Shown piece by piece: positions 19,353 to 30,071 of a stretch of 64,000 nucleotides of DNA. The translations under genes and the position numbers were made by a program. Each line of letters starts with the position of its first letter. Position 1 is the first letter of the stretch. The notes beneath the pieces are model-generated. The model was not told the DNA's origin and ran no database searches. It worked only from the letters and a program-made list of their open reading frames with translations. Source of the stretch: an uncultured Chloroflexia bacterium (lineage in GTDB: Bacteria > Chloroflexota > Limnocylindria > Limnocylindrales > CSP1-4); contig CAVPPB010000003.1 of the NCBI GenBank assembly GCA_963707215.1, positions 672,001 through 736,000 on the forward strand, read 5' to 3'.

Positions 19353-20713
19353 GTGGGCGTGCAGGGGCCGGGATCGAGGTCGCCGCGATCCGCTCGGCCC
19401 GCAGGCTGCGCGGGGAGGTCGTGCTCCCGGGCGACAAGTCCATCAGTCACCGGGCCCTCATCCTGGCCGCGATGGCCACGGGGGAGAGCCGCATCCTCGG
19501 GGCGGGCGACGGCGCGGACGTCCGCTCGACGGCGGTGATCGTGGCCGAGCTGGGGTCGACGGTCGAGCGGACCGCTACCGGGCCCGGCACGGCCGACTAC
19601 CGGATCGGATCGCCGGGCTTCGACGGGCTCATCGAGCCATCGGGCGTGCTGGATTGCGGCAACTCCGGGACGAGCCTGCGCCTGGCCGCCGGACTGCTCG
19701 CGGCCCGGGCCGGCTACGCGGTCCTCGACGGCGACGCCTCGTTGCGACGGCGTCCCGTGGCCCGTATCATCGGACCACTTCGGGCCATGGGGGCCGAGCT
19801 CCATGCCCGCCGGGACGACACTCTCCCTCCACTCACCGTGGTCGGGCGCACCCCGCTCCGGGCAGTGGAGCTGACGACGCCCGTGCCCAGCGCCCAGGTC
19901 AAGTCGGCGATCCTCCTGGCGGCCCTCGGGGCCGAGGGGCGGACCATCGTCCGTGAGATCGTGCCGACGCGGGATCACACCGAGCGGATGCTCAGGGCCC
20001 GCGGCGTCGCAGTCGAACGGCGAGCGGCCGGTGACGGAGACGCCCCGAACGCTGTGGCGTTGAGTGTGGAAGGAGGCGCGAGGGTGCGAGCCGTCGACGA
20101 GCGGGTCCCCGGAGACGTGTCCGGCGCCGCCTTCTGGCTTGTCGCGGGCTCGATCCACCCGGACGCCGAGCTGACCATCCGCGACGTCGGCGTCAACCCG
20201 ACGCGTCGGGCGGTGATCGACATCCTCCGGGCCATGGGCGCCGTCATCGAGGAGCGCGTGACGAGCGGCCCCGACGACGGCGTCGGCGAGCCCCGTGCCG
20301 ACCTGGTGGTCCGGTCGAGCGAGCTGACGTCGATCGAGCTCGGGCCGACGGACGTGGCCGCCGCGATCGACGAGATCCCGGTCCTCTGCCTGGCGGCCAC
20401 CCAGGCCCGGGGGCGGACCGTGATCCGGGGTGCCGGCGAGCTCCGTCACAAGGAATTGGACCGTCTGGCCGGTGTCGCCGCCGGGCTCGGCGCCCTGGGC
20501 GCTGCCATCGAGATCGATGGCGACGACCTCGTCATCGACGGCGTCCGGCCACTGCATGGCGCCGCGACCGACAGCCTCGACGACCACCGACTGGCGATGA
20601 CCTTCGCGGTCGCCGGTCTCATCGCCAGGGGGACGACCGCCGTGGCCCGACCGGCCAGCGTCGCGATCAGCTACCCGGGCTTCTTCTCCGAGCTGGAAAG
20701 GGTGGGAGCATGA
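19349..20713 (+). CDS. aroA: EPSP synthase
   Basis: [29 protein letters not shown] and DDHRLAM motifs. Confidence 0.96.
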   Translation: MSGRAGAGIEVAAIRSARRLRGEVVLPGDKSISHRALILAAMATGESRILGAGDGADVRSTAVIVAELGSTVERTATGPGTADYRIGSPGFDGLIEPSGVLDCGNSGTSLRLAAGLLAARAGYAVLDGDASLRRRPVARIIGPLRAMGAELHARRDDTLPPLTVVGRTPLRAVELTTPVPSAQVKSAILLAALGAEGRTIVREIVPTRDHTERMLRARGVAVERRAAGDGDAPNAVALSVEGGARVRAVDERVPGDVSGAAFWLVAGSIHPDAELTIRDVGVNPTRRAVIDILRAMGAVIEERVTSGPDDGVGEPRADLVVRSSELTSIELGPTDVAAAIDEIPVLCLAATQARGRTVIRGAGELRHKELDRLAGVAAGLGALGAAIEIDGDDLVIDGVRPLHGAATDSLDDHRLAMTFAVAGLIARGTTAVARPASVAISYPGFFSELERVGA

Positions 20714-21621
20714 CGAAGCGCGTCGTCCTGATCGGACATCCGGTGGCCCACTCGCTGTCGGGCGCGATGCACCAGGCGGCGTTCGACGCCCTCGGCATCG
20801 CCGCCCGCTACGAGCTGTGGGACCGCCCGCCGATCCAGCTCACGCCCTCGATCGAGGAGCTCCGGTCGAGCCACTTCCTGGGCGCCAACCTGACGATCCC
20901 TCACAAGGAGCGGGCCGTGCCGCTCATGGACCGGCTGACCGAGGAAGCGGAGGCGACCGGGGCCGTCAACACGATCACACGGGAGGGCAAGCGGCTCGTC
21001 GGCCACAACACCGACGTGGCCGGCTTCAAGTTCGCCCTGGACCAGCTCGTCGGTCGCCAGAAGATGCCCCGCTTCGCCGTCGTGCTCGGGGCGGGTGGCG
21101 GAGCCAGGGCGATCGTCTACTCGCTGATCACCGAGGGGTTCCAGCGGGTCGTGATCTTCAATCGCCACCTCCATCGCGCCGAGGGTCTCGTCCGCCACTT
21201 CGGCCGAAGTGCCTCGCACATGGAGCTGCGGGCCATGCCCTGGCACGAGTCGATCATCGAGGCCGAGCTGGCCAAGACGAAGCTGCTGGTGAACGCGACC
21301 TCGATCGGGTTGGCTGACGAGGAGGCGAGTCCCGTGCCGGCCGAGGCCATCCCCGGCGATCTGCTGGTGCTCGACCTCATCTATAGCCGGACCCGGCTCC
21401 TGCGCGACGCCGAGGCGGCCGGCTGCCAGGTCGCCGATGGCGAGCAGATGCTGCTCCACCAGGGGGCCGCGGCGTTCACGCTGTGGACCGGCAAGGACGC
21501 TCCGCTCGACGTCATGCAGGCGGCTTTGACGCAGGCCCGAGCGGGCGGCGTCCGCTCCGCCGAGGGCGAGCCGACCGGGCGACCCGAAGACGCGGAGGGG
21601 GAGCCGGCCGCGGCCGGCTGA
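20710..21621 (+). CDS. aroE: Shikimate dehydrogenase
   Basis: GHPVAHSLS, GANLTIPHK, GAVNT, NTD and GAGGGARA motifs. Confidence 0.95.
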   Translation: MTKRVVLIGHPVAHSLSGAMHQAAFDALGIAARYELWDRPPIQLTPSIEELRSSHFLGANLTIPHKERAVPLMDRLTEEAEATGAVNTITREGKRLVGHNTDVAGFKFALDQLVGRQKMPRFAVVLGAGGGARAIVYSLITEGFQRVVIFNRHLHRAEGLVRHFGRSASHMELRAMPWHESIIEAELAKTKLLVNATSIGLADEEASPVPAEAIPGDLLVLDLIYSRTRLLRDAEAAGCQVADGEQMLLHQGAAAFTLWTGKDAPLDVMQAALTQARAGGVRSAEGEPTGRPEDAEGEPAAAG

Positions 21622-21630
21622 GCGCGAGCG

Positions 21631-22911
21631 ATGGGTCGACTCCGCTTCCTGACCGCCGGCGAATCCCACGGTCGGGGCCTGGGGGTCATCCTCGAGGGGA
21701 TGCCCGCCGGTCTCGGGATCTCGGCAGACGCGATCGCGGACGACCTGGCCCGTCGCCAGCGCGGCTATGGCCGCGGTGCCCGCCAGACCATCGAGCGGGA
21801 CCGAGCGGAGATCGTCTCCGGGGTCCGCCACGGGCGGACCATCGGCTCGCCGATCCTGCTGACGATCCCCAACCGGGACTGGGAGAACTGGACCCGGGTG
21901 ATGCAGGTCGAATCACTCTCCGACGACGAGGCGGCCGAGCTGACGGCCCTCGCCGAGGGCGGCAACAAGCGAGCACGACCGGTGACGCGGATCCGACCGG
22001 GTCACGCCGACCTGGCCGGCTCGGTCAAGTACGGGTTCGCAGACGTCCGAGACGTCCTCGAACGGGCCTCGGCCCGCGAGACGACCGCCAGGGTCGCCGC
22101 TGGCGCCATCGCCCGAGCGTTCCTCGCTCGGTTCGGCATGGACGTGTGGTCGTTCAGCGCGGAGGTCGGCGGCATCGCGGTCGACCGCGACCGATGCAGC
22201 CGGACCCGGGAAGAGGCGGAAGCCTCGCCCCTGCGCTGCCCGGACCCGGAGGCCGAGGCCCGGATGATCGCCCGGATCGACGAGGCGCGAGGGGCCGGCG
22301 ACACGGTCGGCGGCGTCTTCGAGGTCGTCGCGACCGGGGCCCCGATGGGGCTGGGCAGCTACGTCCAGTGGGACCGTCGGCTCGACGCAGCCCTGGCCTC
22401 CGCGGTCATGAGCATCAACATCGTCAAGGGAGTCGAGCTGGGCCTCGGCTTCGAGCAGACGCGCCGCCTTGGCTCCGCCGTCCATGACGTCATCGAGGGC
22501 CGCGACGAGGCCGGACGCTGGGTCCACCGGACGAACAACGCCGGTGGACTGACCGGAGGCATCTCGAATGGGGAGCCGATCGTGGTCCGCGGGGCGGTCA
22601 AGCCCATCTCGACCCTCGCCCGGCCGCTGCCATCCGCGGATCTCCTGACCGGCCAGCCCGTGGAGCAGGCCCACTACGAGCGCTCGGACATCAGCGTCGT
22701 GCCGGCGGCCGGTGTCGTGGCCGAGGCGATGGTCTCGCTCACGCTCGCTGATTTCATCCTGGAGAAGTTCGGCGGGGACTCGGTGGACGAGACCCTCGAC
22801 AACCTGGGGCGCTTCCGGGATCGAGCCGCGCGACCGCCGATCGAGCCGACGGAGGACCCGGGACGGGCCGGTGCGCCGGAGACCGAGATCGGGTCCGGCG
22901 GCGACGACTGA
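21631..22911 (+). CDS. aroC: Chorismate synthase
   Basis: TAGESHG, RPGHAD, ERASARET and GGISNG motifs. Confidence 0.97.
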   Translation: MGRLRFLTAGESHGRGLGVILEGMPAGLGISADAIADDLARRQRGYGRGARQTIERDRAEIVSGVRHGRTIGSPILLTIPNRDWENWTRVMQVESLSDDEAAELTALAEGGNKRARPVTRIRPGHADLAGSVKYGFADVRDVLERASARETTARVAAGAIARAFLARFGMDVWSFSAEVGGIAVDRDRCSRTREEAEASPLRCPDPEAEARMIARIDEARGAGDTVGGVFEVVATGAPMGLGSYVQWDRRLDAALASAVMSINIVKGVELGLGFEQTRRLGSAVHDVIEGRDEAGRWVHRTNNAGGLTGGISNGEPIVVRGAVKPISTLARPLPSADLLTGQPVEQAHYERSDISVVPAAGVVAEAMVSLTLADFILEKFGGDSVDETLDNLGRFRDRAARPPIEPTEDPGRAGAPETEIGSGGDD

Positions 22912-22919
22912 GGCGAACC

Positions 22920-24584
22920 GTGGACGTCGTCCTCGTCGGGCTGTCAGGCAGTGGCAAGAGCGTCATCGGCAAGCGCCTGGCCCGCCGCGAGGGCGCCGAG
23001 TTCATCGACACGGATGAACGGATCGAGGCCCTGGCAGGGCTAGCGGTGCCGGACATCTTCGCCCGGGACGGCGAAGCCGCGTTCCGTGAGCTGGAGCGGC
23101 GGGTCGTCTCGGAGCTCGGACCCGCGTCCGCCGGACCGGACCTCGACCGCGTCATCGCCACCGGAGGAGGTGCGGTCGTCGACCCGCGCAACCGTTGGGG
23201 CCTGTACCGCCACCGCCTGGCGACCTGGATCGACACGCCGCCGGAGCGCCTCGCCAGCCGGTTGACCCGCAGCCGCCACGTCCGGCCCCTCGTCACCTCG
23301 AGCCCCGATCCGGCGGCCACGCTCGAGCGTCTCGGGCGCGATCGGGAGCGCTTCTATGCCGCGGCGATCCGGATCGACGGCGACCGCGAGCCCGGAGCCA
23401 TCGCGGACGACCTGCGCAGACGCGCACGCGCTCGCCCCGACCGCCCGGAGGTGGGCACGAGGCTGCTCGACGCTGAGACCTCGATCGGCCGGATCATCCT
23501 CGGTGACGGGATCGCCGCCGAGGCGCTGGGGACGATCCTCGACCAGCTCAGGGCCCGGCGGGCCGTCCTGGTCAGCGAGCCCGGCGCCTGGGATTCGGTC
23601 GGGACCGGGATCGCGGAGGCACTCGCCACGGGTGGCTGGGCCATCGATCGGATCATGCTGCCGCAGGGCGAGGCAGCCAAGCGTCTCGAGGTCGTCGAAG
23701 CCGCCGCCCGGGAGCTCGCCGGGCTGCGGGTCGAGCGGGGCGAGCCGCTCGTCGCGATCGGCGGCGGAGCCCTCGGCGACACGGCCGGCTTCCTGGCCGC
23801 GGTCTGGCTGCGGGGCGTCCCGATCGTCCATGTCCCGACGACGCTGGTGGCCCAGCTGGACAGCTCGATCGGAGGCAAGACAGCGGTCGACCTGCCGGCG
23901 GGAAAGAATCTCGTCGGTGCCTTCCACCAGCCGGCTGCCATCGTCATCGACGTCACGACCCTGCGATCGCTGCCCGCGCGCCAGCTCCGGGCGGCCCTCG
24001 CCGAAGCCGTCAAGATGGGCCTCCTGGGGGACGACCGGCTCCTGGAGCTCCTCGAGGTCCAGGGGCCGGCGATCGCGGCGGGCGACCCGGGCACCTTCGA
24101 TGACGGATCGGTCGCGGAGCTGGTCGAACGAGCCGCCTGGGCCAAGGTCGGGGTGGTTTCGGCCGACGAGCGCGAGGCGGCCGGACGGATCCACCTGAAC
24201 CTTGGCCATTCGATCGGCCACGGTCTGGAGGCTGCCGCCGGGTACCGCGACCTGCTCCACGGCGAGGCGGTCGCGATCGGCCTGCGGGGCGCGGCCCGTA
24301 TCGGGCTCCGGCTCGGGGTGACTCCCCCGGGCCGTCTCCATCGAGCGGAGCGGCTGCTCGATGCACTCGGCCTGGGGCTGGCGCCGCTTCCCTACCCTTC
24401 CGATGCCGTCCTCGAGGCCATGGCCAGCGACAAGAAGCACACTGGCGGGCGACTCCGCTGGGTGCTGCCGACCTCGACCGGCGTCGAAGTGCGGGCCGAC
24501 GTCCCGGACACGCTGGTCCGCGAGATCGTCGGCGACCTGCTGGCTGGTCGACCGGTCCTCGAAGCTGCCGGAGGTGGACGATGA
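22920..24584 (+). CDS. aroB: Bifunctional shikimate kinase / 3-dehydroquinate synthase (AroK-AroB fusion)
   Basis: N-terminal GLSGSGKS, DTD, ATGGG; C-terminal AIGGG, PTTLVAQLDSSIGGKT, KNLVGAFHQP, LNLGHSIGH. Confidence 0.94.
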   Translation: MDVVLVGLSGSGKSVIGKRLARREGAEFIDTDERIEALAGLAVPDIFARDGEAAFRELERRVVSELGPASAGPDLDRVIATGGGAVVDPRNRWGLYRHRLATWIDTPPERLASRLTRSRHVRPLVTSSPDPAATLERLGRDRERFYAAAIRIDGDREPGAIADDLRRRARARPDRPEVGTRLLDAETSIGRIILGDGIAAEALGTILDQLRARRAVLVSEPGAWDSVGTGIAEALATGGWAIDRIMLPQGEAAKRLEVVEAAARELAGLRVERGEPLVAIGGGALGDTAGFLAAVWLRGVPIVHVPTTLVAQLDSSIGGKTAVDLPAGKNLVGAFHQPAAIVIDVTTLRSLPARQLRAALAEAVKMGLLGDDRLLELLEVQGPAIAAGDPGTFDDGSVAELVERAAWAKVGVVSADEREAAGRIHLNLGHSIGHGLEAAAGYRDLLHGEAVAIGLRGAARIGLRLGVTPPGRLHRAERLLDALGLGLAPLPYPSDAVLEAMASDKKHTGGRLRWVLPTSTGVEVRADVPDTLVREIVGDLLAGRPVLEAAGGGR

Positions 24585-25021
24585 CCCGGGTCCTCGTCGT
24601 CGAGGGACCGAACCTCGACCTTCTCGGAACGCGCGAGCCCGAGATCTATGGGCTCCAGACGCTCGAGGAGCTCCACGCGGGGATCGCCGCCAGGGGCGGA
24701 GAGCTCGGTCTCGAGATCGACTTCTACCAGTCGAACCATGAGGGCGCGATCATCGACAGGCTCCACCGACGCGACTTCGACGTGGCGATCGTCAATGCCG
24801 GCGGGCTGACCCACACCTCGGTCTCGCTCCGGGACGCGCTGGTCGGCATCGCCATCCCGTTCTACGAGGTCCACCTGTCCGACCCGGACGCCCGCGAGGC
24901 CTTCCGGCAGGTCAACTTCCTGCGCGACGTGGCCGTGGAGACGATCACCGGACGCGGGCCGGCCGGCTACCACCTGGCCCTGGAGCGGATCGCCGAGCGG
25001 TACGGTGGCCGCGATGCCTGA
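24581..25021 (+). CDS. aroQ: Type II 3-dehydroquinate dehydratase
   Basis: GPNLDLLGTREPEIYG, QSNHEG, NAGGLTHTS and EVHLS motifs. Confidence 0.95.
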   Translation: MTRVLVVEGPNLDLLGTREPEIYGLQTLEELHAGIAARGGELGLEIDFYQSNHEGAIIDRLHRRDFDVAIVNAGGLTHTSVSLRDALVGIAIPFYEVHLSDPDAREAFRQVNFLRDVAVETITGRGPAGYHLALERIAERYGGRDA

Positions 25022-25397
25022 CCGATCGAACGAGCCGAGCCCGAGATCCGCGCCACCGACCCCGGCCGAGCTCCGCCGGCTGCGCGAGCGGATCGACGAG
25101 ATCGACGCGGCGATCGTCGCCCTGCTCGACGAGCGAGCCCGGATCGCCCTGGAAGTCGGCCAGGTCAAGCAAGCCAGCGGCCGGCGAGCGGTCCGCGACG
25201 CCGCTCGAGAGACCGAGGTCATCGAGCGCGTGACCGGCGCCTCTGCCGGTCTGTTCCCCGAGCCCGAGCTGGTCGCCCTCTACCGCAAGCTCATCGCGGC
25301 GACGCGGCGGGTCCAGCACGCCCAGCGGCGGGCGGCCCGCGACTCGACCGAGCCCGGCGAGGCCGGCGAGGCCGGCGAGGCCGCGGGCCGGCCGTGA
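25014..25397 (+). CDS. Chorismate mutase (type II)
   Basis: LRERIDEIDAAIVALLDER...VGQVK...VRDAARE. Confidence 0.88.
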   Translation: MPDRSNEPSPRSAPPTPAELRRLRERIDEIDAAIVALLDERARIALEVGQVKQASGRRAVRDAARETEVIERVTGASAGLFPEPELVALYRKLIAATRRVQHAQRRAARDSTEPGEAGEAGEAAGRP

Positions 25398-26341
25398 GCG
25401 ACCGGCGCGACCGAGGGCCGCTCCTGCCCGATCCCGGTCGCCTGCCCGGGGCTCCGACCACCCGCTTCGCCCCGGCGCCGACCGGCCACCTGCACCTTGG
25501 GCACGTGGTCAACGCCGTCTGCACCTGGGGGATCGCGAGGGCCGCCGGTGGGTCGGTCATCCTCCGGATCGAGGACCACGATCGCCAGCGCTGCCGACCG
25601 GGGTACGAGGCGGCCCTGCTCGAGGACCTCGAGTGGCTCGGCTTCGTCGCCGACCGGCCGTCGCTCGCGGAGCTCCGCAGCGGACCCTCGGCCTACCGCC
25701 AATCCGACGACGGGGCGGTCTACGAGACCGCGGTCGAGCGGCTCCGCGCCGCCAGCCTCGTCTACGGATGTGACTGCACCCGCTCGACCTTCGCGGCCTG
25801 GGCCGCCGAGCGGGGCCACCGCTGGTCCGGGGCCGGCTGCCCGGGCGGGTGCGCCGACCGCGGCCTGGCGGAGGGTCCCGATCTCGCCCTGCGGGTCCGG
25901 CTGGGCGACGGCGCGGAGTGGTTCGACGACCTGCGGCTGGGACCGCGCGAGGACCCCGCTGCGGCGGAGGGCGATCTCGTCGTCCGCGACCGCCACGGCA
26001 ACTGGACCTACCACCTCTGCGTCGTCGTCGACGACGAGCGTCAGGGCGTCGACCTGGTCGTCCGGGGCGAGGACCTCCTCGAGGCCACCGCTCGCCAGCT
26101 CCGTCTCGGAAGACTGCTGGGTCGAGTCACCCCGCCGGCGTACCTCCACCACCCGTTGGTCCGAAAGGCGGGCGGGGCCAAGCTCTCGAAAGCCGACGGC
26201 GATACCGGCGTCCGCGAGCTGCGGGCGGCGGGCTGGAGCCCGGAGCGGGTCATCGGCGAGGCGGCAGCCGCGATCGGGCTGGTGCGGCCGGGGGTGTCGC
26301 TCCAGGCGAGCGACGCGGCCGGCCTCGTCAGCGAACGGTGA
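25394..26341 (+). CDS. gluQ: Glutamyl-Q tRNA(Asp) synthetase-like protein (GluRS catalytic domain only)
   Basis: TRFAPAPTGHLHLGH, RIEDHD, VVRGEDL and KLSK; 315 aa with no anticodon domain. Confidence 0.8.
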   Translation: MSDRRDRGPLLPDPGRLPGAPTTRFAPAPTGHLHLGHVVNAVCTWGIARAAGGSVILRIEDHDRQRCRPGYEAALLEDLEWLGFVADRPSLAELRSGPSAYRQSDDGAVYETAVERLRAASLVYGCDCTRSTFAAWAAERGHRWSGAGCPGGCADRGLAEGPDLALRVRLGDGAEWFDDLRLGPREDPAAAEGDLVVRDRHGNWTYHLCVVVDDERQGVDLVVRGEDLLEATARQLRLGRLLGRVTPPAYLHHPLVRKAGGAKLSKADGDTGVRELRAAGWSPERVIGEAAAAIGLVRPGVSLQASDAAGLVSER

Positions 26342-26365
26342 CTCGCGAGGCGGATGGGGACCGCG

Positions 26366-27184
26366 TCAGCCGGCGGTCGCCTGCCGAAGCTCCGCGGCGA
26401 GACGCCCGAACGCGGCGACATCGGTGCCCTCCGGACCCAGCGCGTCGACGAGCGCCGACGCGACGATGACCCCGTCGGCGCCGGCCCGGGCGATCGCCCG
26501 GACGTGGGCCGGCCGGCTCACCCCGAAGCCGACCCCGACCGGGACCGGCGAGACCGCCCGGACCTCGCGGACCAGCCGCCCGACCGACGGAGGAAGGCTC
26601 GACCGGGCGCCGGTCACGCCGACGAGCGAGACGCAGTACAGGAAGCCACCCGACCGGGCAGCGATCGCGTCGCGGCGGGCAGGCGGCGTGGTGGGCGCCA
26701 CGAGGTAGACCACGGCCAGTCCGGCCCGCTCGACGGCTGCCTCGAACGGACCGCCCTCGTCGGGCGTCAGGTCGGCGACGATGACCCCGCTGGCACCGGC
26801 CGCAGCCAGGTCGGCCGCCCGCGCCGCCCCGTCCCCTCCCCCGATGAGCTGGTTGGCATAACCCATCGGCACCAGCGGCACATCGGGTCGAGCGGCCGCG
26901 ATCCGGCTGAGCAGCGCCAGCGATCGCTCGAGCGTCGCCCCGGCCCGCAGGGCCCCGGCCGAGGCTCGCTGGAGGGTCGCGCCGTCGGCCAGCGGGTCCG
27001 AGTACGGCAGGCCGACCTCGAGGAGGTCCGCACCGGCGTCGATGGCGGCCAGGGCCGCCGCGTACGACGTCTCGGCGTCGGGGTAGCCGGCCACGACGTA
27101 CGGGATGAAGGCGACTCGGCCCTCCCCGCGAGCCCGTTGGAAGGCAGCCCGGATCCGGCCCGCACCGGCGGTCGCGTCCGTCAC
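26366..27184 (-). CDS. trpA: Tryptophan synthase alpha subunit
   Basis: [26 protein letters not shown] and VGFGVS motifs. Confidence 0.96.
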   Translation of the reverse strand: MTDATAGAGRIRAAFQRARGEGRVAFIPYVVAGYPDAETSYAAALAAIDAGADLLEVGLPYSDPLADGATLQRASAGALRAGATLERSLALLSRIAAARPDVPLVPMGYANQLIGGGDGAARAADLAAAGASGVIVADLTPDEGGPFEAAVERAGLAVVYLVAPTTPPARRDAIAARSGGFLYCVSLVGVTGARSSLPPSVGRLVREVRAVSPVPVGVGFGVSRPAHVRAIARAGADGVIVASALVDALGPEGTDVAAFGRLAAELRQATAG

Positions 27185-28925
27185 CCGGGGTCACCGACGA
27201 TCGGGCCTCGAGCCGCTTCCCACCGGGCGATGGCCGCGAGGTCCTTGTCGCCGCGACCGGACAGCCCGACGAGCACGATCGCCTCGTCCGGCCAGTCGGT
27301 GATGAATGGCGCCCACCCGGTCCGGGGTGGTCGGCCGACCCCGGCCAGCAGCCGCGGCAGGACCGCGAAGGCGTGGGCCGTCTCGAGGGCCGGCAGGATC
27401 CCCTCGGTCCGGGTCACCCAGTGGACGGCCTCCACCGCCTCGGCGTCCGTGGCCGAGGCGACCTCCAGCCGGTCGGCCGCGAAGAGGGCCGCGATCTGCG
27501 GGCCCACGCCCGGGTAGTCGAGCCCGGCCGAGAGCGAATGGGCCTCGACGACCTGGCCATCGCCATCCTGGAGCATCATCGAGCGGGCCCCATGGAGGAT
27601 GCCCGGTGACCCGCCGATGAGCGCCGCGGCGTGGCGACCGGTCGCGACGCCATCGCCGGCCGCCTCGGCGACCGACAGCCGGACCGTCGGCTCGCCGATG
27701 AACCGGCTCAACAGCCCGATGGCATTGGAACCGCCACCGACGCAGGCCAGCACGAGATCCGGCAGCCGGCCCTCGACCTCGGCCAGCTGGGCGGCCGCCT
27801 CGTCGCCGATGACCCGCTGGAGGTCGCGGACGATCGTCGGGTACGGATGCGGCCCCATCGCCGACCCGAGGACGTAGTGGGTCGTCGCGACATTGGTCAC
27901 CCAATCGCGCATGGCCTCGTTGATGGCGTCCTTGAGGGTCGCCGAGCCGCTGGTGACCGGGACGACCTCGGCGCCGAGCGAGCGCATCCGCGAGACGTTC
28001 GGTGCCTGTCGCTCGACGTCTTCCGCACCCATGTACACCACGCAGGGCAGCCCCAGGAGCGCGCAGGCGGTCGCGGTGGCGACGCCGTGCTGGCCGGCAC
28101 CGGTCTCGGCGATGACCCGCGATTTGCCGAGGCGACGGGTCAGCAGCGCCTGGCCGAGCGCGTTGTTGATCTTGTGGGCCCCGGTGTGGGCGAGATCCTC
28201 GCGCTTGAGGTAGACGCGGAGACGCCCGGGCAGCGGTCGCTCCGGCGACGCGATCCCCCGGGCCCGATCGAGCGCCTCCCCGGCCCAGCGATCGGCCCGG
28301 TAGAGCGGGGTCGGCCGGCCTGCGAAGCCGGCCAGCAGCGAGCGGAGCTCGGCCCAGAACCGCGGGTCGTGACGTACCGCCGTGTAGGCCCTCTCGAGCT
28401 GCTCGACGGCGGCGATGAGCGTCTCGGGCACGTAGCGGCCACCGAACTCGCGCTCGGCGCCCCAGCGGCCGGCCGCATCGGCCTCGAGGAGCCCTGCCGG
28501 CGTCGGCGACGGCCGAGCAGGCGCGTGGGGTCGATCCCAGCGGGCCGCCCGAGCCCGCTTGACGAAGAGCGCGACCCGGAGCGGGTCCTTGGTCGGACGG
28601 ACACCGGGCTGGCGCGGTCGCTCGACGCCGCCCGCGACGTCCACCCCGACCGCCGGCACGGCCAGCAGCGCATCGCCGACGGAGGCCGGGCCGAGGCCGC
28701 CGGCGAGGAGCAGCGGGACCCCGCGGGCGATGGCCGCCGCGACGGCCGGGTGGACGCGCCGGCCGGTACCGCCGGGGTGCGGGCCGCCCGACGCGTCGAG
28801 GAGGATCCGCTCGGCCCCGGCGGCCAGCCAGACGGAGGCCTCGTCCAGGATCGGCCCGACGTCCTCGGGTGTCGTTGCGACCGGCACGCGGATCGCCCGC
28901 CAGACCGGCCGGTCGATCTCGCCGA
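27181..28925 (-). CDS. trpB: C-terminal half of TrpF fused in frame to tryptophan synthase beta; 3' part of an apparent TrpC-TrpF-TrpB fusion
   Basis: [22 protein letters not shown] (TrpF) run without a stop into [40 protein letters not shown] (TrpB). Confidence 0.92.
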
Positions 28926-30071
28926 CCCCCCCGGCGATTCGTCGCCGTGGAGCTGGATGGCGTCCGGATCCACGGCGACGATGATCCGCCGCAGGGTCGC
29001 GGTGTCGGCGTCGACCGTGACGGCCACGATCGCCGGCCGGCGACCCGGCGCCGCCGCGGCCCGGACGGTGGCAGCCAGCTCGGCGGCCTCGCTAACCTCC
29101 AGGCAGCGTGGCGTCCCGGGGGCGAAGTTCAGCCCGATGGCGTCTGCACCGGCTCGGACGGCAGCGAGGGCACCGACCTCGTCGGTGACCGCGCAGATCT
29201 TGACGAACGGCGTGCGGTCGGCGGCTGCCGGGTCGGGTGGGACACGGCCGGCCGCGACGAAGGTGGCGGCGGCGGCCCGCGGGTCGGGTGCCCGCATGAG
29301 GGCCTCGCCGACGAGCGCCGCGTCGTACCCGACGGCCCGCCAGCCGGCGATCGTGGCCGCATCGCGCACACCCGACTCGGCGATGGCGAGCCGGTCACCC
29401 GGGATCGCCTCGCGCAGGCGGACGGCCCGCTCCGGGTCCACGTCGAGCGTCCGCAGGTCGCGGGAGTTGATCCCGATGAGCCGCGCCCCGGTCGCCAGCG
29501 CCCGATCCAGCTCGCGGGCGTCGTGCGCCTCGACGAGCGGCTCGAGCCCGAGGTCCAGGGCGGCCTGGACCAGGCCGGCGAGGCGACGGGCCGGGTGCAG
29601 GACGGCGAGGAGCAGCACGAGATCCGCCCCGGCGGCCCGGAGCAGTGGCAGCTGGCGCGGGTCGACCACGAACTCCTTCGCCAGGACCGGGATCGAGACC
29701 GCCGCGCGAACGGCAGCCAGGTCCTCGACCGAGCCACCGAACCAGTGCGGCTCGCAGAGCACCGAGATGGCCGCGGCGCCGCCGGCCTGGTAGGCGCGGG
29801 CACGGGCGATCGGGTCGTCCGTCGCGGCGATCGCACCGGCGCTCGGCGAGGCGCGCTTGATCTCGGCGATGAGATGGAGACCGGGTTCCGCCAGCCGCTG
29901 GGCGACGGGCCGCGGCGCCGGGGCCTGCGCCGCCAGCTGCCCGAGCTCGCGGCTCGACCTCCCGGCGATCAGGGTGTCGAGATCGGCGGCCCGCCGCGCG
30001 GCGATCTCGTGGACGACGCCGGCCCGCCGACCGTCGACCCGGCCAGGACGACGACCGGGCCCGGCCGTCAT
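28926..30071 (-). CDS. trpC: Indole-3-glycerol phosphate synthase fused to the N-half of TrpF; frameshift at the G7 run 28926-28932
   Basis: [37 protein letters not shown], then VKICAV...QLHGDES. Confidence 0.9.

Noticed and set aside
25355-25384. 9-bp tandem repeat (GGCGAGGCC x3)
   Set aside because: Encodes a low-complexity GEA tail of chorismate mutase; not CRISPR-like
28926-28932. Programmed -1 frameshift or phase variation in trpCFB
   Set aside because: The break falls mid-TrpF domain, and similar indels occur in several unrelated genes, so assembly error is more parsimonious; not fully excluded
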